Below are positions 11,577-21,305 of a stretch of 64,000 nt of DNA, one piece after another. The translations under genes were made by a program, and so were the position numbers. The stretch is from a bacterium (lineage in GTDB: Bacteria; Electryoneota; Electryoneia; Electryoneales; Electryoneaceae): NCBI GenBank assembly GCA_043801585.1, contig JAZDLX010000115.1, forward strand, positions 1,912-65,911, in the 5' to 3' direction. The notes below the pieces were generated by a model. That model had not been told where the DNA came from. It ran no database searches and saw only the letters and a list, made by a program, of their open reading frames with translations. Within the stretch, counting starts at the first letter, position 1; each line of letters opens with the position of its first letter.

Positions 11577-11625
11577 ATCCTGAATCCGCCAGCCGGCGGA
11601 TGAAGGATCTTTGTTTTCTTCTTAT
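11577..11625. terminator. bidirectional intrinsic terminator in the DUF554/hpnD convergent gap
   Basis: atccgcc-agcc-ggcggat stem, extended by atcc/ggat. Flanked by A8 upstream and tctttgttttcttctt downstream, so it reads as hairpin+U-tract on both strands. Confidence 0.6.
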
Positions 11626-11828
11626 TGGTTCCGTCGTAAAAATACACAGATCCTTCCTATGCCTGTCGGCGGGTCAGGATGACTTCAAGCGGAGTTCCCC
11701 GGGACGCATGTCCGCCGAATTCCGAACCTTTGGGAGAAGGCGGATCAGTCCCGGACTTCATATCAGTATTCCATCCTGAACATCCTGGACATCCTGTTTC
11801 AGAAGTGGTTTTTGTCTGAAGTGGGTTC

Positions 11829-12677
11829 TCAGGGGACCATCGCAAGGGCAGCCATCACCTCGCCGGCTTTACGCCAGGGAGGCAGGCTGACCCGCCGCTG
11901 AAGCACCGCATGGGGGTCGTTCTCGATCTCGTAGAGGAGCGCCTTGTACACTCGGCGCATCGCTTCGGAAGTGATCAGCCGGGCGGCCGCACTGCGAGGA
12001 CGATGGCGTTCCGCCTCCTCATAGGCCGACTTGGCCATGCCGATCAGCACTCGCACCAACTTCTCGAAACCCTTGCCTCCCCGGCCCTCGGCAAGGTCCT
12101 CCCTGGTAACGCCATGCTCGTCCATTAGTTCACGAGGGACGTAGACACGCCCCATCTTCGCGTCTTCACGCAGGTCGCGGATGACGTTGGTCAACTGGAG
12201 AGCGCGGCCCAGGGCCAGGCCGTATTTCTTGGCAGTGTGCCCTGCCACTCCAAACACCTCGAGGCAGAGCAGTCCGACAGTTCCTGCGGCACGATAACAA
12301 TACTCTTCCAGTTCGGATTTTGTGTCGAGAGCGACCGGTCCGATGTCGCCCTCCATCCCAAGCAGCAAATCGTCGAAATACTGCCTTGTCAGACGGTAGC
12401 GCCCGACGGTATCGGCGAGTGCGATTTCCAGGGGTGTCTGGGGATTGCCGCGGTAGACGCGCTCGAGGGCGCTCTTCACGAGTTCGAGTGAGGTGCGGCA
12501 GAGGGAAGGCTCGGGGAGTTCATCCACGGCGTCATCGGCGGCTCGGCAGAACGCATAGACTGCGTAAATCGCGTACCGTTTCGTACGGGGGAGCAACTGG
12601 AAAGCGAGAAAGAAATTCCCCGCTGATTTCTTGACGACGGTTTTGCAATAACCGTATGCAGTACGTAAGTGCTTCAC
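11829..12677 (-). CDS. hpnD: squalene/phytoene synthase family protein, presqualene diphosphate synthase HpnD-like
   Basis: YAFCRAADDAVDE aspartate-rich motif and YCYRAAGTVGLL motif. Second of two tandem overlapping SQS/PSY-family genes, the hpnC–hpnD arrangement. Confidence 0.7.
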   Translation of the reverse strand: MKHLRTAYGYCKTVVKKSAGNFFLAFQLLPRTKRYAIYAVYAFCRAADDAVDELPEPSLCRTSLELVKSALERVYRGNPQTPLEIALADTVGRYRLTRQYFDDLLLGMEGDIGPVALDTKSELEEYCYRAAGTVGLLCLEVFGVAGHTAKKYGLALGRALQLTNVIRDLREDAKMGRVYVPRELMDEHGVTREDLAEGRGGKGFEKLVRVLIGMAKSAYEEAERHRPRSAAARLITSEAMRRVYKALLYEIENDPHAVLQRRVSLPPWRKAGEVMAALAMVP

Positions 12678-13603
12678 AGGTGCCGCCCCAGTAAGGCCCG
12701 AATAATTAATACACTTTTTTCAAATCTGCTGACACGCCGATGCTTTGTCCCAGCATCCCACGCCGCTCGCTTCAAGGCACTGAGTGCCAATTTCCCGCCG
12801 CCAGCGAAAAGGATGAGTTGGTCGCGGAGAGGACGCTGCAATCGACGAATCAAATCCACCCCCGCGGAAAGGTAAGTATCCGCTCTTTCGGACTCGAATG
12901 CAAGTAGTAGACGCAACGGCACCGGTGAGGGAGTCTGTGCTAACAATTCATCGGAGACGCCAAATCGCTGGAGATCTTCGAGAGGGAGGTAGACACGGTT
13001 CCGGTTCAAGAGATCCGTCCGGACATCCTGCATGAAGTTGATGAGTTGCAGGCCTGTGCATACGGAATCCGACAGGCGGTCCAACTCGGCGTCACGGTAT
13101 CCGTGAACCCGCAGCACCCAGCGCCCCACAGGATTCGCCGATCCCTCCGTGTACTGAAGCACATCATCCCAGGTTTTATATCGGTCGTTCTGCTGATCCC
13201 GTTCGAACGCACGAATCATCGCGTCGAACAGATCCTGTTCGATGGGATGGTCCTGAATCACACTCTGTAGGGCGGCAAACGCGGGATGCCGGGGTGGCTT
13301 CCCGGAATAGGCATCCTCGAGATGACTCCTCCATTCCGACAACGCCTGCAAACGCGCCTGTCGTTTTGGACCTTCGGGCAGATGTGACGCGATGTCATCC
13401 GCTCGCCAATCGGCGCCCCGTGCGAACGCGTAGAGAGCCGAGTAGGCATGGCGAGTGGTAGGGGGGAGAAAGAACGACAGAACCGTGAAATTTTCGTAGT
13501 GCGCGGATGCGTAAGCACGGCACCAGTCAGACGCCTTCCGCTGTGTCCAGGCCGTCTTCGACTGCGCTGACTCCTCGAGCTTCTCGACTGTCCACTTGCG
13601 CAT
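12674..13603 (-). CDS. hpnC: squalene/phytoene synthase family protein, hydroxysqualene synthase HpnC-like
   Basis: SQS/PSY fold motifs (YAFARGADWRADD, NFMQDVRTD). Overlaps hpnD by 4 nt (ATGA). The C-versus-D assignment rests on gene order only. Confidence 0.6.
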   Translation of the reverse strand: MRKWTVEKLEESAQSKTAWTQRKASDWCRAYASAHYENFTVLSFFLPPTTRHAYSALYAFARGADWRADDIASHLPEGPKRQARLQALSEWRSHLEDAYSGKPPRHPAFAALQSVIQDHPIEQDLFDAMIRAFERDQQNDRYKTWDDVLQYTEGSANPVGRWVLRVHGYRDAELDRLSDSVCTGLQLINFMQDVRTDLLNRNRVYLPLEDLQRFGVSDELLAQTPSPVPLRLLLAFESERADTYLSAGVDLIRRLQRPLRDQLILFAGGGKLALSALKRAAWDAGTKHRRVSRFEKSVLIIRALLGRHL

Positions 13604-13690
13604 GCCGCACCCTCGATACGGTTGCGGCTCGGACTCTATTGAAGACGCTCGAGCCGAAAGATCCGTACGCCAAAAAGCGGGAAAGCCGCT

Positions 13691-15046
13691 TCAACTCAGA
13701 TGTTTTTCGACCTCGTGAAGCACACCTTCCATCTCGGAGCGATACTCCTGCATCCGTTCCTCAGTATCCGCTTCGAAACGCATCACGAGTACCGGCTGCG
13801 TGTTGCTGGCCCGGAGCAACCCCCATCCGTGCTCGAAATTGACACGGACTCCGTCAATATCCACGACGTCATACCTGTCCTTGAAATGCTTTGCGACTTC
13901 TTCCACAATCTTGAATTTCAGCTCGTCCGGGCAGTCTACGCGCAGTTCTGGAGTCGAGGGATAAACCGGCAGATCCGCCAGCAATTCCGAGAGCGGTTTG
14001 TCTTCGGAGGCGATGATCTCCGCCAGGCGTGCCGCCGCGTAGATGGCATCGTCATAACCGAAGTAGCGGTCGTTGAAGAACATGTGCCCGCTCATCTCGC
14101 CGGCCAGTTTGGCATTCTCCTCACGCAGTTTCGCCTTAAGAAACGAGTGGCCGGTTTTCCACATGATCGGCTTGCCGCCGTGCTTTGCAATGTCTTCGTA
14201 GAGAGCCTTGGAACACTTCACCTCACCGATGACTGTCGCGCCGGGAAATGCTTTCAGGACATAGCGGGAATACAATGCGAGCAGACGGTCCCCCCACAGA
14301 ATATTTCCCTTGTCGTCAATCACACCGATCCTGTCCGCATCGCCATCGAAGGCGATCCCGCATTCGAGTTTTTCCGTGAGAACGGCTCGTTTGATGTCCT
14401 CGAGATTCTTCGGGACGGTCGGATCGGGATGATGGTTAGGAAAGTTTCCATCCACTTCGCTGAACAGTTCCAACGGTTCGCAGCCCAGCATGTGAAACAG
14501 TTTTGGTCCCGCAAGTCCGCCGACTCCGTTTCCGCTGTCGAGGGCAACGTTTACAGGCCGCTTCAGCTTGATGTCCTTCGTAATCGTCTCGAGGTAAGCG
14601 GGGAGGACGTCAGCCGTATCATATCCGCCCTCGCCGCTCCGGAACTTTCCCTTCAGGATGCGCTGATACAAATCCTGGATCATCTCGCCGAATACTGTAT
14701 TTTTGCCCAACATCATTTTGAAGCCGTTGAACTCGGGAGGGTTGTGACTCCCGGTGATTTGAACAGCCGCGTCGGGATTCAGATGGTAGAGGGCGAAATA
14801 AAGCACCGGTGTGGGCACCATCCCCACATCGATCACACTTACACCTGCCGCACGCACTCCTTTTGAAAAAGCGTCGCGAAGTCCCGGACCGGTTGTACGG
14901 CCGTCACGACCGAGAACCATTCGACTTCCCCCCTCGTCGCGAATCCACGAACCGAATGCTCGCCCAAGGGTTTCTACGACGTCAGGCGTCAGATCGTCTT
15001 TCACAACTCCACGGATGTCGTATTGACGAAAGATTTGAGAGTTCAT
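13691..15046 (-). CDS. phosphoglucomutase/phosphomannomutase
   Basis: TGSHNPPEFNG phosphoserine active-site loop, FDGDADR Mg2+ loop, GEMSGH sugar-binding loop. GGAGGA RBS before ATG 15046; the ORF opens at 15076. Confidence 0.88.
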   Translation of the reverse strand: MNSQIFRQYDIRGVVKDDLTPDVVETLGRAFGSWIRDEGGSRMVLGRDGRTTGPGLRDAFSKGVRAAGVSVIDVGMVPTPVLYFALYHLNPDAAVQITGSHNPPEFNGFKMMLGKNTVFGEMIQDLYQRILKGKFRSGEGGYDTADVLPAYLETITKDIKLKRPVNVALDSGNGVGGLAGPKLFHMLGCEPLELFSEVDGNFPNHHPDPTVPKNLEDIKRAVLTEKLECGIAFDGDADRIGVIDDKGNILWGDRLLALYSRYVLKAFPGATVIGEVKCSKALYEDIAKHGGKPIMWKTGHSFLKAKLREENAKLAGEMSGHMFFNDRYFGYDDAIYAAARLAEIIASEDKPLSELLADLPVYPSTPELRVDCPDELKFKIVEEVAKHFKDRYDVVDIDGVRVNFEHGWGLLRASNTQPVLVMRFEADTEERMQEYRSEMEGVLHEVEKHLS

Positions 15047-15093
15047 CCGTTCCTCCAGAACACCGCCGATAGACATCGGGATGGGATCAATGT

Positions 15094-16293
15094 TTACTTC
15101 ATGGTCGAAAACGGGAGATTTTCCACTGCCGCGGAACTCCCGGATGATGCGATTTGATCAAGTGTCGTAAAGTACAAATCTTCGTACTGTTGGACGATAG
15201 ATTCCGGCGAGAACCGTTTGACGGCGGTTTCGCGAGCCGCGGCCGCCATTTTCCTGTGCAAGCCCGGATTGTCCAGGATGTCCAGAATGGCCCGGGCCAT
15301 TCCCTCGGAATCCCCCACGGGAAGCAGCCGTCCATCCAGTCCGTCCGTTACCACTTCCGGCAACCCACCCGCGTTGGCTCCGATAACGGGAACGCCACAT
15401 GCCATTGCCTCGAGGGCGGCAAGTCCGAAGCTCTCGGCATCCGAGGGAAGCAGAAGCAGATCCGCCGCTGGCAGAATTTCTTCGATGGCGTCATGGAAGC
15501 CAAGGAAGAGAACATCATCGCCATAGGGAGAAACCTTGAGGCGGTTTTCCGCGGGGAGGCGGTCCGGTCCATCGCCAACCATGACAAGTTTTACGGGACG
15601 TTGTTCCCGAACATTGAGGAAACTATCGATCACATCTCCAACGCGTTTGACAGGGCGGAAGTTGGAAACGTGCATCAATAAAGGCGATTCCGACCCCGAG
15701 CGAAGCCGCTGAGCAGCGGCAGTGCGTTTGGGAAGATACTGTTCATGATCGACAAAATTGTGGATCATGTGCGATTCGCATTCGCAACCCACGACTTCGT
15801 TCACACGTTTCGCCAGCCATGCGCTGACCGTCGTCACCGCATCGCTGATCTCTATGGAAAACCGCGTGACGTCCAGGTAAGAGGGATCGTTGCCGATAAT
15901 CGTGATGTCCGTGCCGTGAAGCGTTGTGATGATTGGGAGATTTTCACGCCCGGCGATTCTGCGCCCCAGCCACGCCGAGGTGGCGTGGGGGAGAGCATAG
16001 TGAACGTGAAGGATGTCCAGCGAGTGATGCCGGATGACTTCGGATATCTGCGCTGCCAGTGCCAGCGAATAGGGAGGGTACTCGAAAAGCGGATAATCCG
16101 GCACTCGTACCGGGTGAAACATCACCCTCTCGCGAAGGGTGTCCAGACGAGCGGGTTGTGCGTAGCTGATGACATGCACGTGATGGCCGCGAGCCGCCAT
16201 CTGGTGTGCGAGTTCAACCGCCACGATCCCGCTGCCACCCTGGGTAGGATAACAGACGGTTCCAATGCGAAGTATGTTCCGCGGAGCAGTCAT
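15094..16293 (-). CDS. bshA: N-acetyl-alpha-D-glucosaminyl L-malate synthase (GT4 glycosyltransferase)
   Basis: GT-B/GT4 glycosyltransferase with N-terminal [15 protein letters not shown], co-oriented and overlapping bshB and bshC. Confidence 0.75.
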   Translation of the reverse strand: MTAPRNILRIGTVCYPTQGGSGIVAVELAHQMAARGHHVHVISYAQPARLDTLRERVMFHPVRVPDYPLFEYPPYSLALAAQISEVIRHHSLDILHVHYALPHATSAWLGRRIAGRENLPIITTLHGTDITIIGNDPSYLDVTRFSIEISDAVTTVSAWLAKRVNEVVGCECESHMIHNFVDHEQYLPKRTAAAQRLRSGSESPLLMHVSNFRPVKRVGDVIDSFLNVREQRPVKLVMVGDGPDRLPAENRLKVSPYGDDVLFLGFHDAIEEILPAADLLLLPSDAESFGLAALEAMACGVPVIGANAGGLPEVVTDGLDGRLLPVGDSEGMARAILDILDNPGLHRKMAAAARETAVKRFSPESIVQQYEDLYFTTLDQIASSGSSAAVENLPFSTMK

Positions 16294-17021
16294 GGATTTG
16301 CGATTCCTTTTCCTTCGACGAGAACCTTGATCGGATCGTCCACCGGTACGGGATTGCGCAGGACAAACGGTTCACCTCGGCGCACCCCAATCTGCGCCCC
16401 GTAAATCGCACCCCGGCCATCCACCCACTCGAAAAAGGTTTCGTTTGCAAGATACGTATCGGGCTGCTTCAGATGCGGATTGTGGAATTGTGTTTTGTAT
16501 GCGGAAACCGCTTTCATTCGTTGTTCCCATGTTTCGCTGACATCCACGATCAGGTCAGCCTGCGGATTCCACCACATCGGGTAGCGAAGCAGGGCGGGGA
16601 CCTTGTGCCGTTCGAGCTCCGAAGGGTACTTCCCAACGTTCGCCAGAAACACAGCGTTTTCCACCAATGTCGAACCCTGCAGGTGATCCGGGTGACGGTC
16701 CTGGGCAACAGGAGCGATGACAAGCCTCGGCTGATGCTTGCGGATCACTTCGATAACCTTGTGCCGCTGATCGAAATCCGCGCTGCTGAGGAATCCGTCC
16801 GGGAGGTCGAGGCATTCGCGGAAGGAAATGCCGAGGATCCTGGAGGCCTCGTCGGCCTCCCTGTCACGGTCCTCACGGCTCCCCCGCGTACCCATCTCGC
16901 CGCGCGTCAGATCGACAATCCCCACGGTGTACCCAAGACGGACGAGTTTCGCGACCGTTCCGCCGCAGAAAATTTCAACGTCGTCCGGATGCGGGCCGAA
17001 AGCGAGAGCATCAAGACTCAT
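16290..17021 (-). CDS. bshB: bacillithiol biosynthesis deacetylase (LmbE/PIG-L family)
   Basis: AFGPHPDDVEIFCGG LmbE zinc-binding motif. 243 aa. Overlaps bshA (ATGA) and bshC. Confidence 0.8.
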   Translation of the reverse strand: MSLDALAFGPHPDDVEIFCGGTVAKLVRLGYTVGIVDLTRGEMGTRGSREDRDREADEASRILGISFRECLDLPDGFLSSADFDQRHKVIEVIRKHQPRLVIAPVAQDRHPDHLQGSTLVENAVFLANVGKYPSELERHKVPALLRYPMWWNPQADLIVDVSETWEQRMKAVSAYKTQFHNPHLKQPDTYLANETFFEWVDGRGAIYGAQIGVRRGEPFVLRNPVPVDDPIKVLVEGKGIANP

Positions 17022-18645
17022 CGATCATTTCCTCCAGGTCAAGGAAAGCATGTCGCCCGACCGCATCGAGGATGTGGGCACTGAGGCCGCGCAGCAGTTT
17101 CGTTCCGTAGCGGACGAAGAAGTAGATTGGTGTGATGACGCGCTCCTGGGGTTCGTTGGCGGGGAAAAGGTGCGTGGACAGTTTTTCGATCTGGGCAATG
17201 GTGTCTCCGTGCTGAGAGTGCAGCCGGTCCCTGACTTTTTCCCGCAATTTCTCCACGTGGAAGTTGATCTTGCGAAACGCTGTCGAAATGGGTTGATCGA
17301 GTCCGTTGAATTCAGGTTCCCTCGCCATATCCAGAAGAGCTTTCTCGGCTTTCACCAGGTGGGAATCGACCGTCTGAAACACCTCGTCCGCTTTCAGGTC
17401 CCGATGATCCGTAATGAGTCGTTCTTTCAGGTTCTCGATGTCGCCGAAAAAGTCAGCGGGCTGCAGATCGAATTTTTCCAGTCCGCGCCTGATTTTGTTC
17501 TCGATTAACGTGATGCTGGCCCGGGGAACGACGGCTGGCTTCGGAATGTTCAGGATATCGAAGGCCGTGTTCAATTGCGCCCAATAGGCCATCTCGTGAG
17601 GACCGGCAACATAGGCGGCGGTCGGAAGCAACCACCCCTGCAGCATCGGCCGAATCGTCACCCCCGCTGAAAGTGACTCAGGGTTCTCCCTGGCAATCCT
17701 TTGCAGAACGTCACGCGCGAGAATGATGTCACTTCGGGCGCGGATTTGTTTTCCCTCGAGGACGATCTTTCGCCGCACTCCATCCTCATGGAGATAGATC
17801 GCAGGACGGCCGGATTCCACAAGGGCCTGCAAGGGATAGTCCGCATTTCGAATTTCATCGGACCTGGTTATAATTGCGTCGAGCAGGCTGTCGACGTTGC
17901 TAAGGGCCACCTCCCAAAAGGGGCAGGATGCACGTTTGACCTCGATATCTTCCGGATCGAACATGACAAGCCCGGTCTCACCCAACAATCGATAGGCAAG
18001 CGATCGGAAAGCGTCTGCAAATGTGGAATCCGGTGTATAGCTCTCACGAAGGGCGTCGAGGACGTCTTTCTTGAATTCGCTGTCGGGCAGGTCTTGTTCG
18101 ATGTCGGAGACCAGCTCGTCCGCGATTGAATTCAATTTGATGATTCCGACCGGGATACGGTTGTCCTGTTGGACGGATTTGTATCCTGCGAGACGATTCT
18201 TCAGATCGATCCAATAAACCTGCGACGCTTCGGGCAGGTTGTGGTCGCTGGTCGCCATCCAGAAAATCGGAACGGTACGGACACCGGAATCCTTTTCCAT
18301 CTTGCGAGCCAGTGCAACCGTAGTCAATGCTTTGTACAAGGTCAACAGCGGGCCACCCCCAAGGCCGACCTGCTGTCCTGTGACAACGGTCAGGGTTGAA
18401 GGGTCGCGAAGGGCTTCCAGGTTCTGTTTGACGGCTTCCGTAAGATGGTTTCCCGCGGGTGCGATCATCCTGTCCACGATCAGGTCACGGGGGCGATCAC
18501 GCTCTGCCTCCAGCCGGCTTTGCCTTTTCCAGGCGTCTATGTCGGGTGTGGTCTGAAATCCAAATGGAATACGGCAGGTGCCATCAATGCATTCGGACAC
18601 GAGTGCAGGTATTCCCGGAAAATCGTTGAGCTTCATGGTCGTCAT
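17011..18645 (-). CDS. bshC: bacillithiol biosynthesis cysteine-adding enzyme
   Basis: ~545 aa. VVTGQQVGLGGGPLLTLYKALTTVALARKMEKDSGVRTVPIFWMATSDHN aligns to the B. subtilis BshC/YllA core (VVGGQQAGLLTGPLYTIHK...IPIFWVAGEDHD). Confidence 0.8.
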   Translation of the reverse strand: MTTMKLNDFPGIPALVSECIDGTCRIPFGFQTTPDIDAWKRQSRLEAERDRPRDLIVDRMIAPAGNHLTEAVKQNLEALRDPSTLTVVTGQQVGLGGGPLLTLYKALTTVALARKMEKDSGVRTVPIFWMATSDHNLPEASQVYWIDLKNRLAGYKSVQQDNRIPVGIIKLNSIADELVSDIEQDLPDSEFKKDVLDALRESYTPDSTFADAFRSLAYRLLGETGLVMFDPEDIEVKRASCPFWEVALSNVDSLLDAIITRSDEIRNADYPLQALVESGRPAIYLHEDGVRRKIVLEGKQIRARSDIILARDVLQRIARENPESLSAGVTIRPMLQGWLLPTAAYVAGPHEMAYWAQLNTAFDILNIPKPAVVPRASITLIENKIRRGLEKFDLQPADFFGDIENLKERLITDHRDLKADEVFQTVDSHLVKAEKALLDMAREPEFNGLDQPISTAFRKINFHVEKLREKVRDRLHSQHGDTIAQIEKLSTHLFPANEPQERVITPIYFFVRYGTKLLRGLSAHILDAVGRHAFLDLEEMIDES

Positions 18646-18667
18646 CACAGTTTCCGTGCAAGCATGA

Positions 18668-19426
18668 TCATCCGATCGCTTTCCGAAGGGTCGAAAGATT
18701 CACCGTCGTAGGTGCCAGACCAGGACAATTCCCCAAAGTTCGCCAGCCTGCGAGCTCACTGATCTCTTCCTGAGTAAAAAGGCGAACGCTTTCGAACACT
18801 TCTCTTATGGTTCCAGAAGGTTGCGCAATCCTGACATGTTTCTCAATTCGGTGATCGACCGGGTTGAAATGACGCGTCTGAACCGCTCGCAACCCGCCCT
18901 CTTCAATGATGTCATGTGGAACAAGGTCCCTGATCGCAGTTTCCGGATTCAGCAGGTCGAGGACCAGTACTCCGCCAGGCACCAGGACACGAGCGAATTC
19001 ACTGAATGCCCGCCGATGCTCGGTATCCGCCTGGAAATATCCGAAACTTGTGAAAGCGTTAAGGGCCAGACCAAAGGTCTGATCGGAGAAGGGGAGCCGC
19101 CGCAGGTCCGCCCGCACATAGTGGATCGGCAGTGTTTTGTCGGCTGTTGATTCCGGTACGTTTTGTTCTTTCGCGTGTTTCAGCATCGAACGGGAGAGAT
19201 CGACACCAGTCACTGACCAACCGATGCCGCTCATGGCGCGAGCGTGCCTGCCCGCTCCGCATCCGATATCGAGAACATAGTGGTTCGGCAAACGATCATC
19301 GACACGTTCGGCGACCCAGCGAATCAGACGCTGTGCTTCAGCCTGATCCCTGTGACGGTAGAGGAGCAGATAGGTTTCGTCGAACCAATCCTCGTACCAC
19401 TCTTTTTCGCCGGTTTCCGTGTTCAT
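18668..19426 (-). CDS. class I SAM-dependent methyltransferase
   Basis: VLDIGCGAGRH motif I. ATG 19426 with AAAGGG RBS. 20 nt upstream of bshC on the same strand. Confidence 0.75.
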   Translation of the reverse strand: MNTETGEKEWYEDWFDETYLLLYRHRDQAEAQRLIRWVAERVDDRLPNHYVLDIGCGAGRHARAMSGIGWSVTGVDLSRSMLKHAKEQNVPESTADKTLPIHYVRADLRRLPFSDQTFGLALNAFTSFGYFQADTEHRRAFSEFARVLVPGGVLVLDLLNPETAIRDLVPHDIIEEGGLRAVQTRHFNPVDHRIEKHVRIAQPSGTIREVFESVRLFTQEEISELAGWRTLGNCPGLAPTTVNLSTLRKAIG

Positions 19427-19549
19427 ATCCCTTTTGTAGGTTGTTGTAAAGTGAAAATATAGCAGGGTCTCTGAAATGGGGCAAGGCGGCACGGGGCAAT
19501 ATCTCACGGCCTTGTTTACAACCTGCTGCGGGCGTACCTTCGGACCGTC

Positions 19550-21259
19550 ATGAAAAGCCTGATGCTGAATCTCCTCCTCGTTATCGCGATTGTCATGGTG
19601 GGTTGCGCCAATTCAGGACCGCCTCCCGGGGGTCCGGTGGACAAAACCCCGCCGGAAATCGTCGATGTGCAGCCCCTTTCGGGAACCGTAAACGTTCCTG
19701 AAGACATCGCTGTGTCTGTGACCTTCAGTGAACCGGTCAAGACGTCGAACATCTCTCAGGCTTTTTCACTTTCTCCGCCACCGCCCGGTGCCGTAAGGGC
19801 GCGTTGGAAGGGCCGGAAAGTCATTTTCCGGTTCGACCCGCCGCTGCTGCCAGACAGAACCTATGTGCTCACTCTGGGCACAAACACCCAGGACCTTCAC
19901 GGAAACCCGCTTGTGGAGACATTCCACCTGCCGTTTTCCACGGGTGACAGGCTGGACATGGGGTGGATTCATGGAAGAATCCAGGTGGATGGCGCAGCGA
20001 CAGGGTGGAGTATCGTCGGGTATCTGTTGACCGCGGACAGCCTGGGGTCGGAACCGGACCCGGCGTACATCGTCCCGGATGCGACCACACAGGCGAACAC
20101 GAATGGGACATGGGAACTTCTCCATCTGCGCGGTGGATCGTGGAGAATCTTCGCGTTCAAGGATAACGATGGCGACCGCCTGTGGACGCCCTGGTCCGAA
20201 AAACTCGCTGTGCCGCCATTTGATGTGGAGGTTTCCGAGGATTCCACATTCCAGTCGAGATTCCTGACCCTGTCGCCGACCGACAGGCCCACGTTGCCGC
20301 AACTGGTTCGGGTATCGTCGACAGTGCGCACCGTCATCGAAGCCCGTTTTGACCGCAAGCCGTTCAGCCTTGACGGACGTTATGAACTGGCACCGGTGCC
20401 GGACAGCCTTGCGAAACAGTTCGAGGCGACGGTCATTCCGTTGGATGCAAAAATTCCCGTCAAGGATGTGCATTTCAAAGCCGGTGATTCATCGACGGTT
20501 CAGTTGGAACTCGCCTCCCGGCCGGAAGGCGATCTTCTCGGTGTGCATATTGCCGGAACGTTCGGCACGGGCAGCAGTCTTGATACGACCCTGTTTGTTT
20601 CCCTTCTCCGTGCGGCGGAAGCGGACACATTTCTGCCGGGCCTCGTGAATGTTTTACCTCCTGCGAATGCACGATTGCACAAGGGAAACCGCGTCATCGT
20701 CCTGACGTTTACGAAACCGATGGCAACGTTGGAAAAAGGTGCGATCAAGCTGATCTATTCCGTGACATCCGACACGGTCCTGCCGGTGATCGGGTCGCCG
20801 GATCCCTGGCGAAGGTCATTCTATGTCAATCCAACACCCGGAGGGGATCTGCAGGTTGAATTGCTTGGCGCCAAAATCCTCGATGCCAACGGATATGCCT
20901 TTGAGGACAGTCTGAGGATCTATCGTTACACCCTGCTACCCGTTGATTCCCTCGGAACGGTCAGCGGCACGGTTGTCGCCGCAGGCATTGCCGCTCCCGT
21001 TCATCTGACTCTCATTTCGCTGAATGGCAAAGATCAGACAATTACCGGGAACCTCGATCTGCCGGGACCCTTCCGTTTCGAATCCGTTCCCGCGGGAGAA
21101 TGGAAACTGCGAGGATGGCTTGATCTTGATCGTGACGGACATTGGGGGATGGGATCGCCGGTTCCATACATCCCGTCCGATCCTGTCTATATCACTGCCG
21201 ATACGGTCGTCGTTCGCGCTCGTTGGGAATCCGGAGCTACGTCTTTTATATTCCCGTGA
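19550..21259 (+). CDS. lipoprotein with Ig-like (SbsA/BIG-type) domains
   Basis: Signal peptide plus lipobox LVIAIVMVGC. Pro-rich linker; repetitive beta-rich body. Confidence 0.6.
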   Translation: MKSLMLNLLLVIAIVMVGCANSGPPPGGPVDKTPPEIVDVQPLSGTVNVPEDIAVSVTFSEPVKTSNISQAFSLSPPPPGAVRARWKGRKVIFRFDPPLLPDRTYVLTLGTNTQDLHGNPLVETFHLPFSTGDRLDMGWIHGRIQVDGAATGWSIVGYLLTADSLGSEPDPAYIVPDATTQANTNGTWELLHLRGGSWRIFAFKDNDGDRLWTPWSEKLAVPPFDVEVSEDSTFQSRFLTLSPTDRPTLPQLVRVSSTVRTVIEARFDRKPFSLDGRYELAPVPDSLAKQFEATVIPLDAKIPVKDVHFKAGDSSTVQLELASRPEGDLLGVHIAGTFGTGSSLDTTLFVSLLRAAEADTFLPGLVNVLPPANARLHKGNRVIVLTFTKPMATLEKGAIKLIYSVTSDTVLPVIGSPDPWRRSFYVNPTPGGDLQVELLGAKILDANGYAFEDSLRIYRYTLLPVDSLGTVSGTVVAAGIAAPVHLTLISLNGKDQTITGNLDLPGPFRFESVPAGEWKLRGWLDLDRDGHWGMGSPVPYIPSDPVYITADTVVVRARWESGATSFIFP

Positions 21260-21305
21260 TGTTGCAACACCTGAAAAACAACTAAACAGGCAAACTGGAG
21301 CCCGG

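Noticed and set aside
13700-14866. 388-aa plus-strand ORF opposite phosphoglucomutase
   Set aside because: It is antisense to a gene carrying the TGSHNPPEFNG active-site loop.
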